Shown piece by piece: positions 53,922-63,335 of a stretch of DNA of 64,000 nucleotides. A program made the translations under genes and the position numbers. The DNA lies in assembly GCA_963662615.2 (NCBI GenBank), contig CAXXSR010000001.1, positions 1,568,001-1,632,000 on the forward strand, in the 5' to 3' direction. The notes under the pieces were generated by a model that was given only the letters and a program-made list of their open reading frames with translations, ran no database searches and was not told the origin of the DNA. Origin of the DNA: Dehalococcoidia bacterium. Its GTDB lineage: Bacteria; Chloroflexota; Dehalococcoidia; Bin125. The number at the start of each line of letters is the position of its first letter. Position 1 is the first letter of the stretch.

Positions 53922-54743
53922 CTAGAACCGGCCGCTGTACGTCCTCTCCAGGATCTCCGCCGGGCTCGCCTGAATCCCCAGTGAGGGAATGGGATAGCGC
54001 AGGCCGTGGTCGCTCAGTTTGCCCATCCCCTCAATGGCGCCCGGCAGGTAGCGGGGCGGGATGGCCATGAGCAGCTCGTCATCCTGGACGCCGCCGAAGC
54101 GGCGCTCGGCGAAGCAAGGAATCGTGAGTGATGGCTCCCCGGTTCGGAGGGCTCGACCCCAAGAATCGGCGCAGGCTGACTCGCCCACGCAGCTGAACTC
54201 GAACTTCCGATAGCCGCGGAACTGCAAGCCGTTGATGAAGATGATCATCTGTCCAGGAGTGCCGTAGATCAGCACGATGTCGGGCGGATCGAGGCGCCCT
54301 GTCGCCAGTGGAGAGACGGCGAGCGCCGTGTAGCGGCCATAAGGGAGGCAATCCAGCGCTTGTTGATGGGCGATCGCATCCTCCTCGGTGGCGAACCAGA
54401 CGCCGGACATGGCGGTGCTGTTGCGCCACTTTCGATCCTGCGGGCTAAGGCCGACCGGCGCGCCGCACTGCTTGCCCACCAGATCGTCCATCGTGATCCC
54501 AACGGTCCAGTTGAGCCATCGCGCCTGCGCCACGATCTGGTCGAGGGCATACTTGCTGGCCGGGCGACGGACGCGCTCGATCGCTTCCATCTCCTCCACG
54601 CGCTCGAACATCTTCATGCCGACGGGCGTTGCGCGAAGGCGCAAGTAGCGGTTGAGGCCGTCGACGATCACCGGCCAATCGTACGAGTCGGGCTCAGGGG
54701 GTGCCGCCGGCGCGACTCCCACCTTGGCCGATTCGGTTACCAT
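53922..54743 (-). CDS. DUF169 domain protein
   Basis: LRATPVGMK, PDIVLIYGTPGQM, GESACADSW, IPCFAERRFGGV.DDELL. Confidence 0.8.
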   Translation of the reverse strand: MVTESAKVGVAPAAPPEPDSYDWPVIVDGLNRYLRLRATPVGMKMFERVEEMEAIERVRRPASKYALDQIVAQARWLNWTVGITMDDLVGKQCGAPVGLSPQDRKWRNSTAMSGVWFATEEDAIAHQQALDCLPYGRYTALAVSPLATGRLDPPDIVLIYGTPGQMIIFINGLQFRGYRKFEFSCVGESACADSWGRALRTGEPSLTIPCFAERRFGGVQDDELLMAIPPRYLPGAIEGMGKLSDHGLRYPIPSLGIQASPAEILERTYSGRF

Positions 54744-54930
54744 GACGCTCCCTTCGCTCACTTCTCCGGCGCAGCGACGGTCGCGCCGCTGGGCCTCTTC
54801 AATCTTCACCCTGGTCATCCCCGTGGCGCGCGTCGGCGGGACGGCGGCCGGTTCGCGGACCAACTTGGGACTACGGCGCACGCTAGCATGAGGCCGAGGC
54901 GCCAGCGGAGCAGGGCAGGTGGGTGGGACG

Positions 54931-56121
54931 ATGCCGGCTTTGGATGGGATGCGGGTGCTGGATCTGACGCAGTGGGAAGCGGGCCCCGCCGGCACGCAGA
55001 TGCTGGCCTGGTTGGGCGCCGATGTGGTCAAGGTGGAACGGCCCCACGGCGGCGACCCCGCCCGCACGGTGGCCGGCGCGGCCGACAACTCGCCCTATTT
55101 CCTGAACTGGAACGCGAACAAGCGCGGGATCTGCATTGACGTCGGGGCCACGGCCGGGCGCGCGCTGCTGCTGCGGCTGGCGGCGCACTACGACGTGCTG
55201 GCGGAGAACTACGGGCCCGGCGTGATCGAGAAGCTCGACATTGGCTACGACGTGGTGCGCGCGATCAACCCGGGCATCATCTACGCCCGGATCAAGGGCT
55301 TCGGGCTGTCGGGGCCCTACAGCGGCTACAAGTCCTTCGATATGGTGGCGCAGGCCGCCGGGGGGGCGTTCTCCGTGACCGGGGAGGCTGGGGGTCCGCC
55401 CGTCCGTCCCGGTCCCAGTATCGGAGACTCCGGCGCCGGGCTCCAGCTGGCGCTGGCGATCACCGCCGCCTACGTGCAGCAGCAGCGCACGGGCCAGGGG
55501 CAGTGCATTGAGCTGTCCATGCAGGAAGCGGTGACGTACTTCATGCGCACCTGGGTGGCGTTGAACTCGGACTGGGGCGCGAAGGCGGCCCCGCGGACGA
55601 ACAGCTGGTCGGGCGCCCCCAGCGACCTCTACCCGACGAAGCCGCTGGGCCCGAACGACTACGTCTACATCATGGCGGTGACGACGGCGATGTGGGACAC
55701 GCTCTGCGCCATCATCGATCGGCCGGATCTGGTCACCGACCCCCGCTTCGCCACGGACGCAGGCCGCCTGGAGAATCGGGAGGCGTTGCATGCCGAGATC
55801 TCCCAATGGACGCGCCGGCGCACGAAATACGAGGCCATGCGGCACCTCGCCGAGGTCGGCGTTCCCTGCAGCGCCGTGCTCGACACCCATGACCTCTGGA
55901 CCGATCCGCACCTGCAAGCCCGCGACTTCATCCAGCCGGTGCAGCACCCCACCCTGGGCGAGTTGGAGTTCATGCGGAATCCGATCCGGATGCCGGGCGC
56001 CGAGGGGCCGCTGCAGGCCGCCCCGCTGCTGGGACAGCACACGGATGCGGTGTTGCAGGCAGACCTGAACCTCACCGAGGCCGAGCTGGCCTCACTGCGG
56101 GAGTCGGGGGCCATTGCCTAA
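54931..56121 (+). CDS. CoA-transferase family III (CaiB/BaiF; formyl-CoA transferase-like)
   Basis: LDGMRVLDLTQ.EAGP, LGADVVKVE, NANKR, ENYGPG, IGDSGAG, APLLGQHT. Confidence 0.92.
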   Translation: MPALDGMRVLDLTQWEAGPAGTQMLAWLGADVVKVERPHGGDPARTVAGAADNSPYFLNWNANKRGICIDVGATAGRALLLRLAAHYDVLAENYGPGVIEKLDIGYDVVRAINPGIIYARIKGFGLSGPYSGYKSFDMVAQAAGGAFSVTGEAGGPPVRPGPSIGDSGAGLQLALAITAAYVQQQRTGQGQCIELSMQEAVTYFMRTWVALNSDWGAKAAPRTNSWSGAPSDLYPTKPLGPNDYVYIMAVTTAMWDTLCAIIDRPDLVTDPRFATDAGRLENREALHAEISQWTRRRTKYEAMRHLAEVGVPCSAVLDTHDLWTDPHLQARDFIQPVQHPTLGELEFMRNPIRMPGAEGPLQAAPLLGQHTDAVLQADLNLTEAELASLRESGAIA

Positions 56122-56632
56122 GCGCGGCCTTGATCCCATGCTGCCGGCCGCGTTGCGCGTCCTCATCGTCGGATCGTTCCCCAGCGAGGCGTCGCTGGCG
56201 CAGGGCGCCTACTACGCCCACCCTCGCAACCACTTCTGGCCGCTGCTGGCCGCCTGCGGTGTCATTGCCGACGTACATTCTCCGTACGCGGAGCGCATTG
56301 TCGCAGTGGCGGAGCGCGGCATCGGCTTGTGGGACCTGTATCGGAGCGTCGAGCGGCGGGGGAGCGGCGATGCCGCCATCCGCGAGGCGATCCCCAACGA
56401 TCTTCCGAGCCTCTGGCGGCGACGGCAACCGTTCACAGTGCTCCTCAACGGCAAGCGCCGCCGCGAATGGCGCCGGCATTTTGGGGCGCTGCCGGTGGAG
56501 CCCGTCGCATTGCCGAGCACGAGTCCCCGCGCGTTCCATTGGAATACCCCAGCGGCGGCAGCGGCGACGATGGCAGAGTGGCGGCAGGCGCTGGCGGCCG
56601 GCGGCGTCGCGGTGTCAGCCGCAAGACTTTGA
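56114..56632 (+). CDS. Hypoxanthine (deoxyinosine) DNA glycosylase, UDG family 6
   Basis: VGSFPS..SL....YYAHPRNHFW, IGLWD, GSGDAAI, LPSTSP. Confidence 0.85.
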   Translation: MPKRGLDPMLPAALRVLIVGSFPSEASLAQGAYYAHPRNHFWPLLAACGVIADVHSPYAERIVAVAERGIGLWDLYRSVERRGSGDAAIREAIPNDLPSLWRRRQPFTVLLNGKRRREWRRHFGALPVEPVALPSTSPRAFHWNTPAAAAATMAEWRQALAAGGVAVSAARL

Positions 56633-56682
56633 TCGGCGGTCGCGGCGAGCGGCACCGTCGCCACCGAGCAGGCGGCCACTCC

Positions 56683-57543
56683 TCAACTCGGCGTCTGCTC
56701 CAGGAGGAACGTTCGAATCGCCTCGATCGTGCCAGCGAGCTTTGTGTCGCTCCGGCAATCCACGTCCAAGCAGTGGGCCCGGGGCGCATCCGCACAGATC
56801 TTCTCTGCAATGCCGGTAGGGTGGAATTCATCGCTGCCGGGCAGGATCAGGAGCGGGCTGGGACAGGTCCGGACCCAGTCTTCGCTCACGGTCATGTAGG
56901 GAGGGCTGTCCGGCCAGATGCTGTTGGAAAAGGATTGAACGAGGGCGACGTACTCGTCGGCGCTCATGGCTTCAATCATCGTGCGAAACTCATCGTCCAC
57001 AGTGATCCGCCGTGCGAATGGCCCGCCCGGGTTGTTCACGACGAAGAGCGGGTCGTCATGCGCGGAGAGGACGACGGCAATCGTCCCCTTCTCGCGGGCC
57101 AAGTTGATCGTTGGCTCGAACATGGCCGTGAAGACGTCAACGGAGTTGGTCTCGTCAAGGCCCACCGGATCCTGACCCACCGCCGCGCTGATCCGGTCCG
57201 GCGCTTCCCGGATGAGGCGCAGGAAGTAGCAGACCCCGATACACCCTCCCCAGACGTGCGCGGACTCCAGGCCGAGGTCGTCGAGGACGGCCAGTTGATC
57301 AGCAACGGTGAGGTCATAGGAGAAGGTCGTTGGAGCGCTCCAGCTCCCGCCGGCGTGCCGTTGGTCCATGCCAATGACCATGAAATCACGGGCGAATTCA
57401 GCAATGGGGTTGATGACGCTGAATTGCTCCCACGAGGCGATCTCGCTGTTCACGCCCCCGGGCGCGAAGAGCAGCAGCGGATAGCCCCGGCCGAAGGTCT
57501 CGTAGTGGATGAGGGCGCCGTCCGGACGTGTCACATCGGGCAT
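56683..57543 (-). CDS. Alpha/beta hydrolase with Cys nucleophile elbow
   Basis: LLFAPGG, MDQRHAGGS, WGGCIG, PGSDEFHP. Confidence 0.8.
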   Translation of the reverse strand: MPDVTRPDGALIHYETFGRGYPLLLFAPGGVNSEIASWEQFSVINPIAEFARDFMVIGMDQRHAGGSWSAPTTFSYDLTVADQLAVLDDLGLESAHVWGGCIGVCYFLRLIREAPDRISAAVGQDPVGLDETNSVDVFTAMFEPTINLAREKGTIAVVLSAHDDPLFVVNNPGGPFARRITVDDEFRTMIEAMSADEYVALVQSFSNSIWPDSPPYMTVSEDWVRTCPSPLLILPGSDEFHPTGIAEKICADAPRAHCLDVDCRSDTKLAGTIEAIRTFLLEQTPS

Positions 57544-57585
57544 GGTCCTCCTCTTTCCTCGACTTGAACTCTCACCGCGGCGCGA

Positions 57586-59175
57586 CTAGTGCACGCGCCG
57601 CTCGCGGCCCTCCCAGAACTTCTCGCGCAGTTCGAACTTCTTTAGCTTCCCCGTCGCGGTGCGTGGCAGCGACTGCACAAAGCTCACTTGGGTAGGGCAC
57701 TTAAAGTGCGCGAGGTTCGCGCGGCAGTGAGCGATGATCTCTGCCTCACCGACCGTGGCACCGTCTCGCAGAACAACGAGCGCCAATGGAGTCTCGCCCC
57801 ACTGCTCGGAGGGCACGCCGATCACGGCCGCCTCTCGCACCGCCGGGTGCGTGTACAGGGCATCTTCGACCTCGATAGAGGAGACGTTCTCCCCGCCGGA
57901 GATGATCACGTCCTTGGCGCGATCCACGATGTGGATGTAACCGTCGGCGTTGACGGCAGCCAGGTCACCGGTATGGAACCAGCCGTCCCGTATGGCCTTG
58001 GCGGTCTCCTCAGGCTGGTCCCAGTAACCGCGAAAGACGACGTTGGAGCGCGTGACGATCTCGCCGACGCTGGCGGCGTCCCAGGGCACATCGGCGCCGG
58101 TGGAATCGACGACGCGGACCTCCGTGCCCACTACCTCATGGCCGGCGGCCGCCTTGGTCTGGAAGTAGCGCTCGCCCTCCAAACCCAGGTGCGGTTTGAC
58201 CTCGGCCACCGTGAGGAAGGGGGCGGTCTCGGTGAGCCCGTAGGCCTGCATGAACTCCCAGCCGAGTTCGGTTTCCAGCCGCTCAATGAACTGCTGCGGG
58301 GGCGGCGCGCCCGCGATCACGAAGCGGGGCCGGGTGGTGATGGTGTGCCTGTCCTTGTCCGGGTACTCCAGGATCGCGGCCAGGACCGCCGGGGCCATGC
58401 AGGCGAAGGTGATCTTTTCCTGCTCGATCAAGCGGTAGATCTCGGCCGCGTCCACCTTGCGCAGGACGACGTGCGTGGCGCCCATCGCGGTGAGCGCGTA
58501 GACGCCGCCCCAGCCGTTGGCGTGGAACATGGGGAGCGTCCAGAGTTCGCGGTCGTCCTGGGTCACTCGGAGATGGGCGATGAAGTTGTAGGCGTTGATG
58601 TAGGCGTTGCGGTGCGTGATCATCACGCCCTTGGGGCGCGCCGTAGTGCCGGAGGTGTAGTTGATGCTGAGGAGGTCGCTCTCCGCGAGCCCCGGATCGG
58701 CCGGGACCGTATTGGGCTGCCCCGCCAAGAGGTCCTCAAAATCCCGCCACTGAGATGGAATCGGGGTGTCGCCAGCGCGCGAGACGACGAAGTGTTCCAC
58801 CCGGGGGAGCCGAGCGCGGATGCCGTCGATGACTTCCGTATATTCACCGTCGACGATGAAGAGCCGGGAACCGGAATGGTTCACGATGTAATCGAAGTCG
58901 CCCGCGACCAGGCGGTAGTTGATGGGGACGATCACGGAGCCGAGCAGGGCCGTGCCGTAGAACGTCTCTAAGAAGTGGTGGCTGTTGGGACTGAGAATGG
59001 CGACGCGATCGCCCTTGCCCACCCCGAGGCTCTGGAGCCCGTGAGCGAGCCGGTTGACCCGCCGGCCGAATTCGGCGTAGGTGATGCGCTTGTCCCCGTC
59101 AACCACGGCCTCTTGGCCCGGATACAACTTGACGGCGCGCCGGAGAAAGTCGGAGACGAGTAGAGGGACCTCCAT
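57586..59175 (-). CDS. Acyl-CoA synthetase / long-chain fatty acid-CoA ligase
   Basis: YTSGTTARPKG, YGLTET, WFHTGD, DRAKDVIISGGEN, TATGK; start MEVPLL at 59175. Confidence 0.92.
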   Translation of the reverse strand: MEVPLLVSDFLRRAVKLYPGQEAVVDGDKRITYAEFGRRVNRLAHGLQSLGVGKGDRVAILSPNSHHFLETFYGTALLGSVIVPINYRLVAGDFDYIVNHSGSRLFIVDGEYTEVIDGIRARLPRVEHFVVSRAGDTPIPSQWRDFEDLLAGQPNTVPADPGLAESDLLSINYTSGTTARPKGVMITHRNAYINAYNFIAHLRVTQDDRELWTLPMFHANGWGGVYALTAMGATHVVLRKVDAAEIYRLIEQEKITFACMAPAVLAAILEYPDKDRHTITTRPRFVIAGAPPPQQFIERLETELGWEFMQAYGLTETAPFLTVAEVKPHLGLEGERYFQTKAAAGHEVVGTEVRVVDSTGADVPWDAASVGEIVTRSNVVFRGYWDQPEETAKAIRDGWFHTGDLAAVNADGYIHIVDRAKDVIISGGENVSSIEVEDALYTHPAVREAAVIGVPSEQWGETPLALVVLRDGATVGEAEIIAHCRANLAHFKCPTQVSFVQSLPRTATGKLKKFELREKFWEGRERRVH

Positions 59176-59230
59176 CAGAGCCGCTCCTTCACAGCGGGAA
59201 TGGTTGGCGCATGATAGCGGAGCGGTTGAA

Positions 59231-59340
59231 GGGGTGGGGGCTCCGTTGCCGGGGGAGGGGCTCCGTTGCCGGGGGAGGGGCTCCGTTGCCGGGGGAGGGG
59301 CTCCGTTGCCGGGGGAGGGGCTACGTTGTCGGGGGAGGGG
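59231..59340. repeat. 20-bp G-rich tandem repeat CTCCGTTGCCGGGGGAGGGG, 5 copies
   Basis: Four perfect units 59241-59320 and a variant 59321-59340 containing the upstream gene's stop codon. Confidence 0.95.
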
Positions 59341-59809
59341 ACGGGCCAACACCGCCCAAGCGCTCGGCCAGCTCCACTGCCTCCTGCGCGATGTCAACAC
59401 GGACAACGGGCTCCGCGCCCGTGAGGTCGCGGAGCGGCCACGTCCCGAGGCCGATCACGGGCTTGCCGAATTGCAGCGCGAAGGCGATCTCGCTGAGGGT
59501 GCCGTATGAGCCCGCGATGGCGATCATCGCCGAGCCGGCCAGTGCCACGATCACGTTGCGGGCGACGCCGAGGCCGGTGGGGATAGCGAACTCCACATAT
59601 GGATTGGCGTGGGAGGGATCGGTACCGGGGAGGACGCCGATGGTGTGGCCGCCTTCGGTGCGGGCGCCGCGGCAGGCCGCCTCCATGACGCCCGTGAGAC
59701 CGCCACAGACGACGGTGTGCCCGCGGCGGGCGATCTCGCCGCCGACGGCCTCGGCGCTGGCGAGCGTCTGCGGCGACGCTTCGCGCGTGCCCACTACGCT
59801 GATAAGCAT
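59321..59809 (-). CDS. TIGR00725 family (LOG-like Rossmann-fold) protein
   Basis: VVCGGLTGVMEAACRGA, IGVLPG, AIPTGLG.ARN, GTLSEIAFA. Confidence 0.88.
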   Translation of the reverse strand: MLISVVGTREASPQTLASAEAVGGEIARRGHTVVCGGLTGVMEAACRGARTEGGHTIGVLPGTDPSHANPYVEFAIPTGLGVARNVIVALAGSAMIAIAGSYGTLSEIAFALQFGKPVIGLGTWPLRDLTGAEPVVRVDIAQEAVELAERLGGVGPSPPPTT

Positions 59810-59967
59810 CGCTCCATGCTAGCGCGCCACCTTGTCCGGTGACGCTGGGGGGTAGTGGGTCAGTTTGCGGCGCGGGCAGTCAGCAGCCGCCGTCACGATG
59901 GGGGATGCGCGTTTCAGAGGCGGAAGCGACGGCAGCTTGAGAGCGGCAAGCCGGCGCGACGTCGCTC

Positions 59968-60729
59968 CTACAGTCGCTGCTCTTCAATGCCGGGCATGAT
60001 CCAGAAAGAGAGGGGCGGATCTGTGAACTCCAGCCCCTGCTGATCCGGCGTCAAGTGCACGAGAGTGAGCTGGAACGGCGTCAAGTAGTTGACCTCGCCG
60101 TCTGCAAGGCGGAAGGGGCGATCATGGCCCGGATAGAAGAGATCGGCGGCCGCGACCACCTTGCGGAGGCTGTCACGGGCTTCCTGCTCGTTCCAGAAGA
60201 TGAGGCGGGGGCGCCCCTGGAGCACCGCCGCGCCCGAGTGCAAGGCGTCACCCCCAACCGCCGCCGTCCCCTCAGCGGTCTCCACCAGCAGTCCCATGCT
60301 TCCCGGCGAGTGGCCGGGCAGATCGATGACGCGGACGCCTTTGGCAATCTCGTCACCTTCGACCACCTCCTGGATGCGCGCCGTCTCAATGGCGGCGCCG
60401 GTCCACTGCGGCGTGCCGAAGTCGTTGCGGTGCGGCCGCTGCGCATACTTGCGCTCCTTGGGATGGAGCAGCATGGGCGCGTTGGGGAAGAGATCGAAGT
60501 TCTGGACGTGGTCGTAATGGGCGTGCGTCATGAAGACTAGATCGACGTCCTGAGGGGTCAGGTCGCGCTTCTGGAGCGCCTCCGCCAGCGCCACCCGTCG
60601 CCCGCCGTGCCCGGTGTCCACGAGAATGCGGCGGCCCTCCGACTCGACCAAGACGACGGAGCAGAAGGCGACCAGGCCGCTGTCGGTAGCGAACGAGTAT
60701 CCGGGCAGCAAGATATCGACGTTCGGCAC
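59968..60729 (-). CDS. Metallo-beta-lactamase fold hydrolase (AHL-lactonase-like)
   Basis: VDTG, THAHYDH, PGHSPG, GD, YPGHD. Confidence 0.88.
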   Translation of the reverse strand: MPNVDILLPGYSFATDSGLVAFCSVVLVESEGRRILVDTGHGGRRVALAEALQKRDLTPQDVDLVFMTHAHYDHVQNFDLFPNAPMLLHPKERKYAQRPHRNDFGTPQWTGAAIETARIQEVVEGDEIAKGVRVIDLPGHSPGSMGLLVETAEGTAAVGGDALHSGAAVLQGRPRLIFWNEQEARDSLRKVVAAADLFYPGHDRPFRLADGEVNYLTPFQLTLVHLTPDQQGLEFTDPPLSFWIMPGIEEQRL

Positions 60730-60796
60730 GTTCCTCTCTCCTCAGACTGCTCTCCTCAGACTGCCGCCGCCCGCCCCGAATTGGAAAGGGCAGCGC

Positions 60797-61588
60797 TCAC
60801 GACTCCGCCATGAAGGCGGTGACGGCGGCGGCCAGCGCCTCGGCCTGTTCCATCTCTACGTAGTGGCCCGCCGCCTCGATGATCTGGAGCCGGGCATTCG
60901 GGAGCGCTTCCAGGTATTGCTGTGCGCAGCTGCCGGGGACCACGGCGTCGTCGCCTCCCCAGACCACGAGGGTTGGCACGCGGACCTCAGCCAACAAGGT
61001 GGGCAGAGAGCGGTTGTACATGTACGGCTTCCAGGCGATGCGCGCGGTCATCTCGCGGTTCACATCCCACTGCACCAGCTGATCGACTGACGCCTGCTCC
61101 CCATAGTGGGTGGCGAAATTCTGCTGGTCACGGAAGCCGGCGCGCACAAAGTCTTCATGGGCAAGCAGGAATTGATCCAGGATCTCGCCCTGAGCGGGCG
61201 GCAGCCCCGCGGCGCCAACGAGCACCATGTGGGAGAAGCGGCGCTGGTTCATCGTCGCCATCTCCGCGGCCAACCAGCCGCCGAAACCGAGTCCGACCAA
61301 TCCGATGCGCTGCTGGTCCAGCCGGTCCAGGAGGAAGTGCATCACGACGGCCATATCGCGCACGTTCATCATCCAGTCTGGCCGCGCCACGCCGTCGTAG
61401 CCTGGGAGCGTCGGGACGATCACGTGATGGCGCTGCGCGAGCGTCTCATGGAAAGGAAGCCAGCCGGGATTACCGATGTCATGTGGCAGCACAAGTAGAG
61501 GCGCGCCGTTCCCGCCTTGGAGGACGGGGACCGGGACGCCCGTGACGTGTACCTCCAACTCGCTCCATGTGCGCGGCGTCGTCGTCAC
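60797..61588 (-). CDS. Alpha/beta hydrolase fold protein lacking the canonical Ser nucleophile
   Basis: LPGY, GLGFGGW elbow, WG.DD.VVP, AGHYVEMEQ. Confidence 0.82.
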   Translation of the reverse strand: MTTTPRTWSELEVHVTGVPVPVLQGGNGAPLLVLPHDIGNPGWLPFHETLAQRHHVIVPTLPGYDGVARPDWMMNVRDMAVVMHFLLDRLDQQRIGLVGLGFGGWLAAEMATMNQRRFSHMVLVGAAGLPPAQGEILDQFLLAHEDFVRAGFRDQQNFATHYGEQASVDQLVQWDVNREMTARIAWKPYMYNRSLPTLLAEVRVPTLVVWGGDDAVVPGSCAQQYLEALPNARLQIIEAAGHYVEMEQAEALAAAVTAFMAES

Positions 61589-61824
61589 GGCCGTGCCACT
61601 CCTTTTCCATTCTCACTGGGGCCGGGCCCGGCGCATGGTAGCACGGCGATCTCGCCGCGCGCCCTGATCGTGTCGCACGCTAGGGACGGTGACCGTTGCG
61701 CCGCCCGTGGTGCGTGGAAGAATCGCCTGGCGACACGGTTGCCGCTGCTCTATCATCGTCCCCCGGCAGCGACACGACGGGGGAACCATCGCCTGGAAGC
61801 GGGTGAGCGGGAGGGAAAAATCAC

Positions 61825-62295
61825 ATGGCCACGCCGGACGAATTACGCGCCGCGATCGCGGATGCGCGGCAAGAGCTGAAGCAAGCCTTTGTGGCTGCGT
61901 CGGACGGCTGGGAGCGGCAGTCGGCGCAGAGTGAGGATGAGGAGCCCTGGACGGTCCGTCAGACCGCCGAACATGCCGTGGAATCCGAACTCGTCTTCGC
62001 CAACGAGGTCTGCACGTCGTGCGGCTATCCCGGCCCTGAGAACCCCTTCACCCAGTCTCCGCTGACGTTTATCCGCGGCCATCTCCCGGAAGAGATCCAA
62101 CTCGCCAACGCCAGGGGGGCAGAGGACGCGCTTGAGAAGGCCGTCGCCGCCGCCGACGCCAAGATGAAGTACGTCACAGAGACCGATCTTGCAATGAAGA
62201 ATGAGCACTTTGGCACGGTGGGGGAGTTGATGGAGCGGTGGACGCGGCATTTGCAGCGCCACGCAGCGCAGATCCGGTCCGCTGCCCAGGGTTAG
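61825..62295 (+). CDS. DinB-superfamily protein
   Basis: WTVRQTAEH...E and C-terminal HLQRHAAQI metal-binding His pattern. Confidence 0.72.
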   Translation: MATPDELRAAIADARQELKQAFVAASDGWERQSAQSEDEEPWTVRQTAEHAVESELVFANEVCTSCGYPGPENPFTQSPLTFIRGHLPEEIQLANARGAEDALEKAVAAADAKMKYVTETDLAMKNEHFGTVGELMERWTRHLQRHAAQIRSAAQG

Positions 62296-62306
62296 CGGAC
62301 GCGCCG

Positions 62307-62681
62307 ATGATGACCGCCAAGAGTGTGCCGACAATCGGTGGGAACTCGATCGTGGACGTTGACTTCTCGTCGCGCGCCCTCAGGGGCGCCCTGACGGCGC
62401 TGCTTCTGGCTGGCCTTTTGCTGATGGGGCTCGTGAGCACCGCCGAGGCAGCGGACAGTGCCCCGCCGGCGCACACGGACAAGGTGGTCTTGGAGGAGGG
62501 ACAGTCGATTGCCTCCAACTTCCCCGTCCATCAGGAGGGGCCTGACGACACGGCGCGGGGAGAAGAGGGCGCCAGCCTTCCTGCCGGCGCCTGGGTGGGC
62601 CTTGTCATCGCCTTCGCCATCGCGGGCCTGCTGCTGGTCGTTTCGATGAGCTACGTGTTGCCCGGGCGGCTCAAGCGATAG
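62307..62681 (+). CDS. Small secreted or membrane-anchored hypothetical protein
   Basis: Signal-like helix ending AEA, acidic linker, C-terminal TM helix and basic tail (GRLKR). Confidence 0.6.
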   Translation: MMTAKSVPTIGGNSIVDVDFSSRALRGALTALLLAGLLLMGLVSTAEAADSAPPAHTDKVVLEEGQSIASNFPVHQEGPDDTARGEEGASLPAGAWVGLVIAFAIAGLLLVVSMSYVLPGRLKR

Positions 62682-62739
62682 CCGAGCTGCCCGGCCCGCA
62701 GTCGCCGAAGTTCAGGCGGCAGCGGCTACACTTCGTGGC

Positions 62740-63249
62740 ATGCCTGCGCGGGGTCAGTCCGTCCGTTACGCCTCACTCGACACTCCGGTTGGGCGCGTTC
62801 TCATCGCCTATCGGGGCGCGACGGTGGTGCGAGTCAGCCGCGCCGATTCGGAGCGAGCGTTCGTGGACGGGCTGGCGACGCGCTACGGCGAGCCTCCCGA
62901 GGCCGATAGGGAAGTGCCCGCGCGCCTGCGCGAGTCGGTGCTGGCCCACATTGAGGGGAAACGCACCTACACCAACATTGACCTCTCCGAGCTGACGCCA
63001 TTTCAGCGCCGGGTGCTGCGCGCCACCGCCGCGGTTCCCTACGGCCAGGTGCGGACGTATGGGGAGATCGCGGAGGCCGTGGGCGCGCCCGCGGCGGCGC
63101 GCGCCGTGGGGTCGGCCCTGGCGCGAAATCCTGCGCCGCTGCTGATCCCCTGCCACCGCGTGGTGCGGGCGGGCGGCGAGCTGGGCAACTACGGGGGCGG
63201 CGGCCCGGAAGAGAAGCGGCGTCTGCTCCGACGCGAAGGCGCTTTGTAG
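62740..63249 (+). CDS. ogt: Methylated-DNA--protein-cysteine methyltransferase
   Basis: TPFQ..VL, VPYG..RTYGEIA, AARAVG.A...NP..L.IPCHRV. Confidence 0.93.
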   Translation: MPARGQSVRYASLDTPVGRVLIAYRGATVVRVSRADSERAFVDGLATRYGEPPEADREVPARLRESVLAHIEGKRTYTNIDLSELTPFQRRVLRATAAVPYGQVRTYGEIAEAVGAPAAARAVGSALARNPAPLLIPCHRVVRAGGELGNYGGGGPEEKRRLLRREGAL

Positions 63250-63335
63250 AGGGTGACTGCGCCGGTCACCCCGCGCGCCGTTCCTGATGCGCGATCCCCG
63301 CTGAGGACGGCGCCTGCAGGCCGAGTTGCTCCGCG

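Noticed and set aside
54746-54818. Phd/YefM-like antitoxin start (MTRVKIEEAQ) in frame upstream of DUF169
   Set aside because: Similarity is limited to ~10 residues and no toxin partner is present
59231-59340. CRISPR array
   Set aside because: Repeats are head-to-tail with no unique spacers, and no cas genes are present
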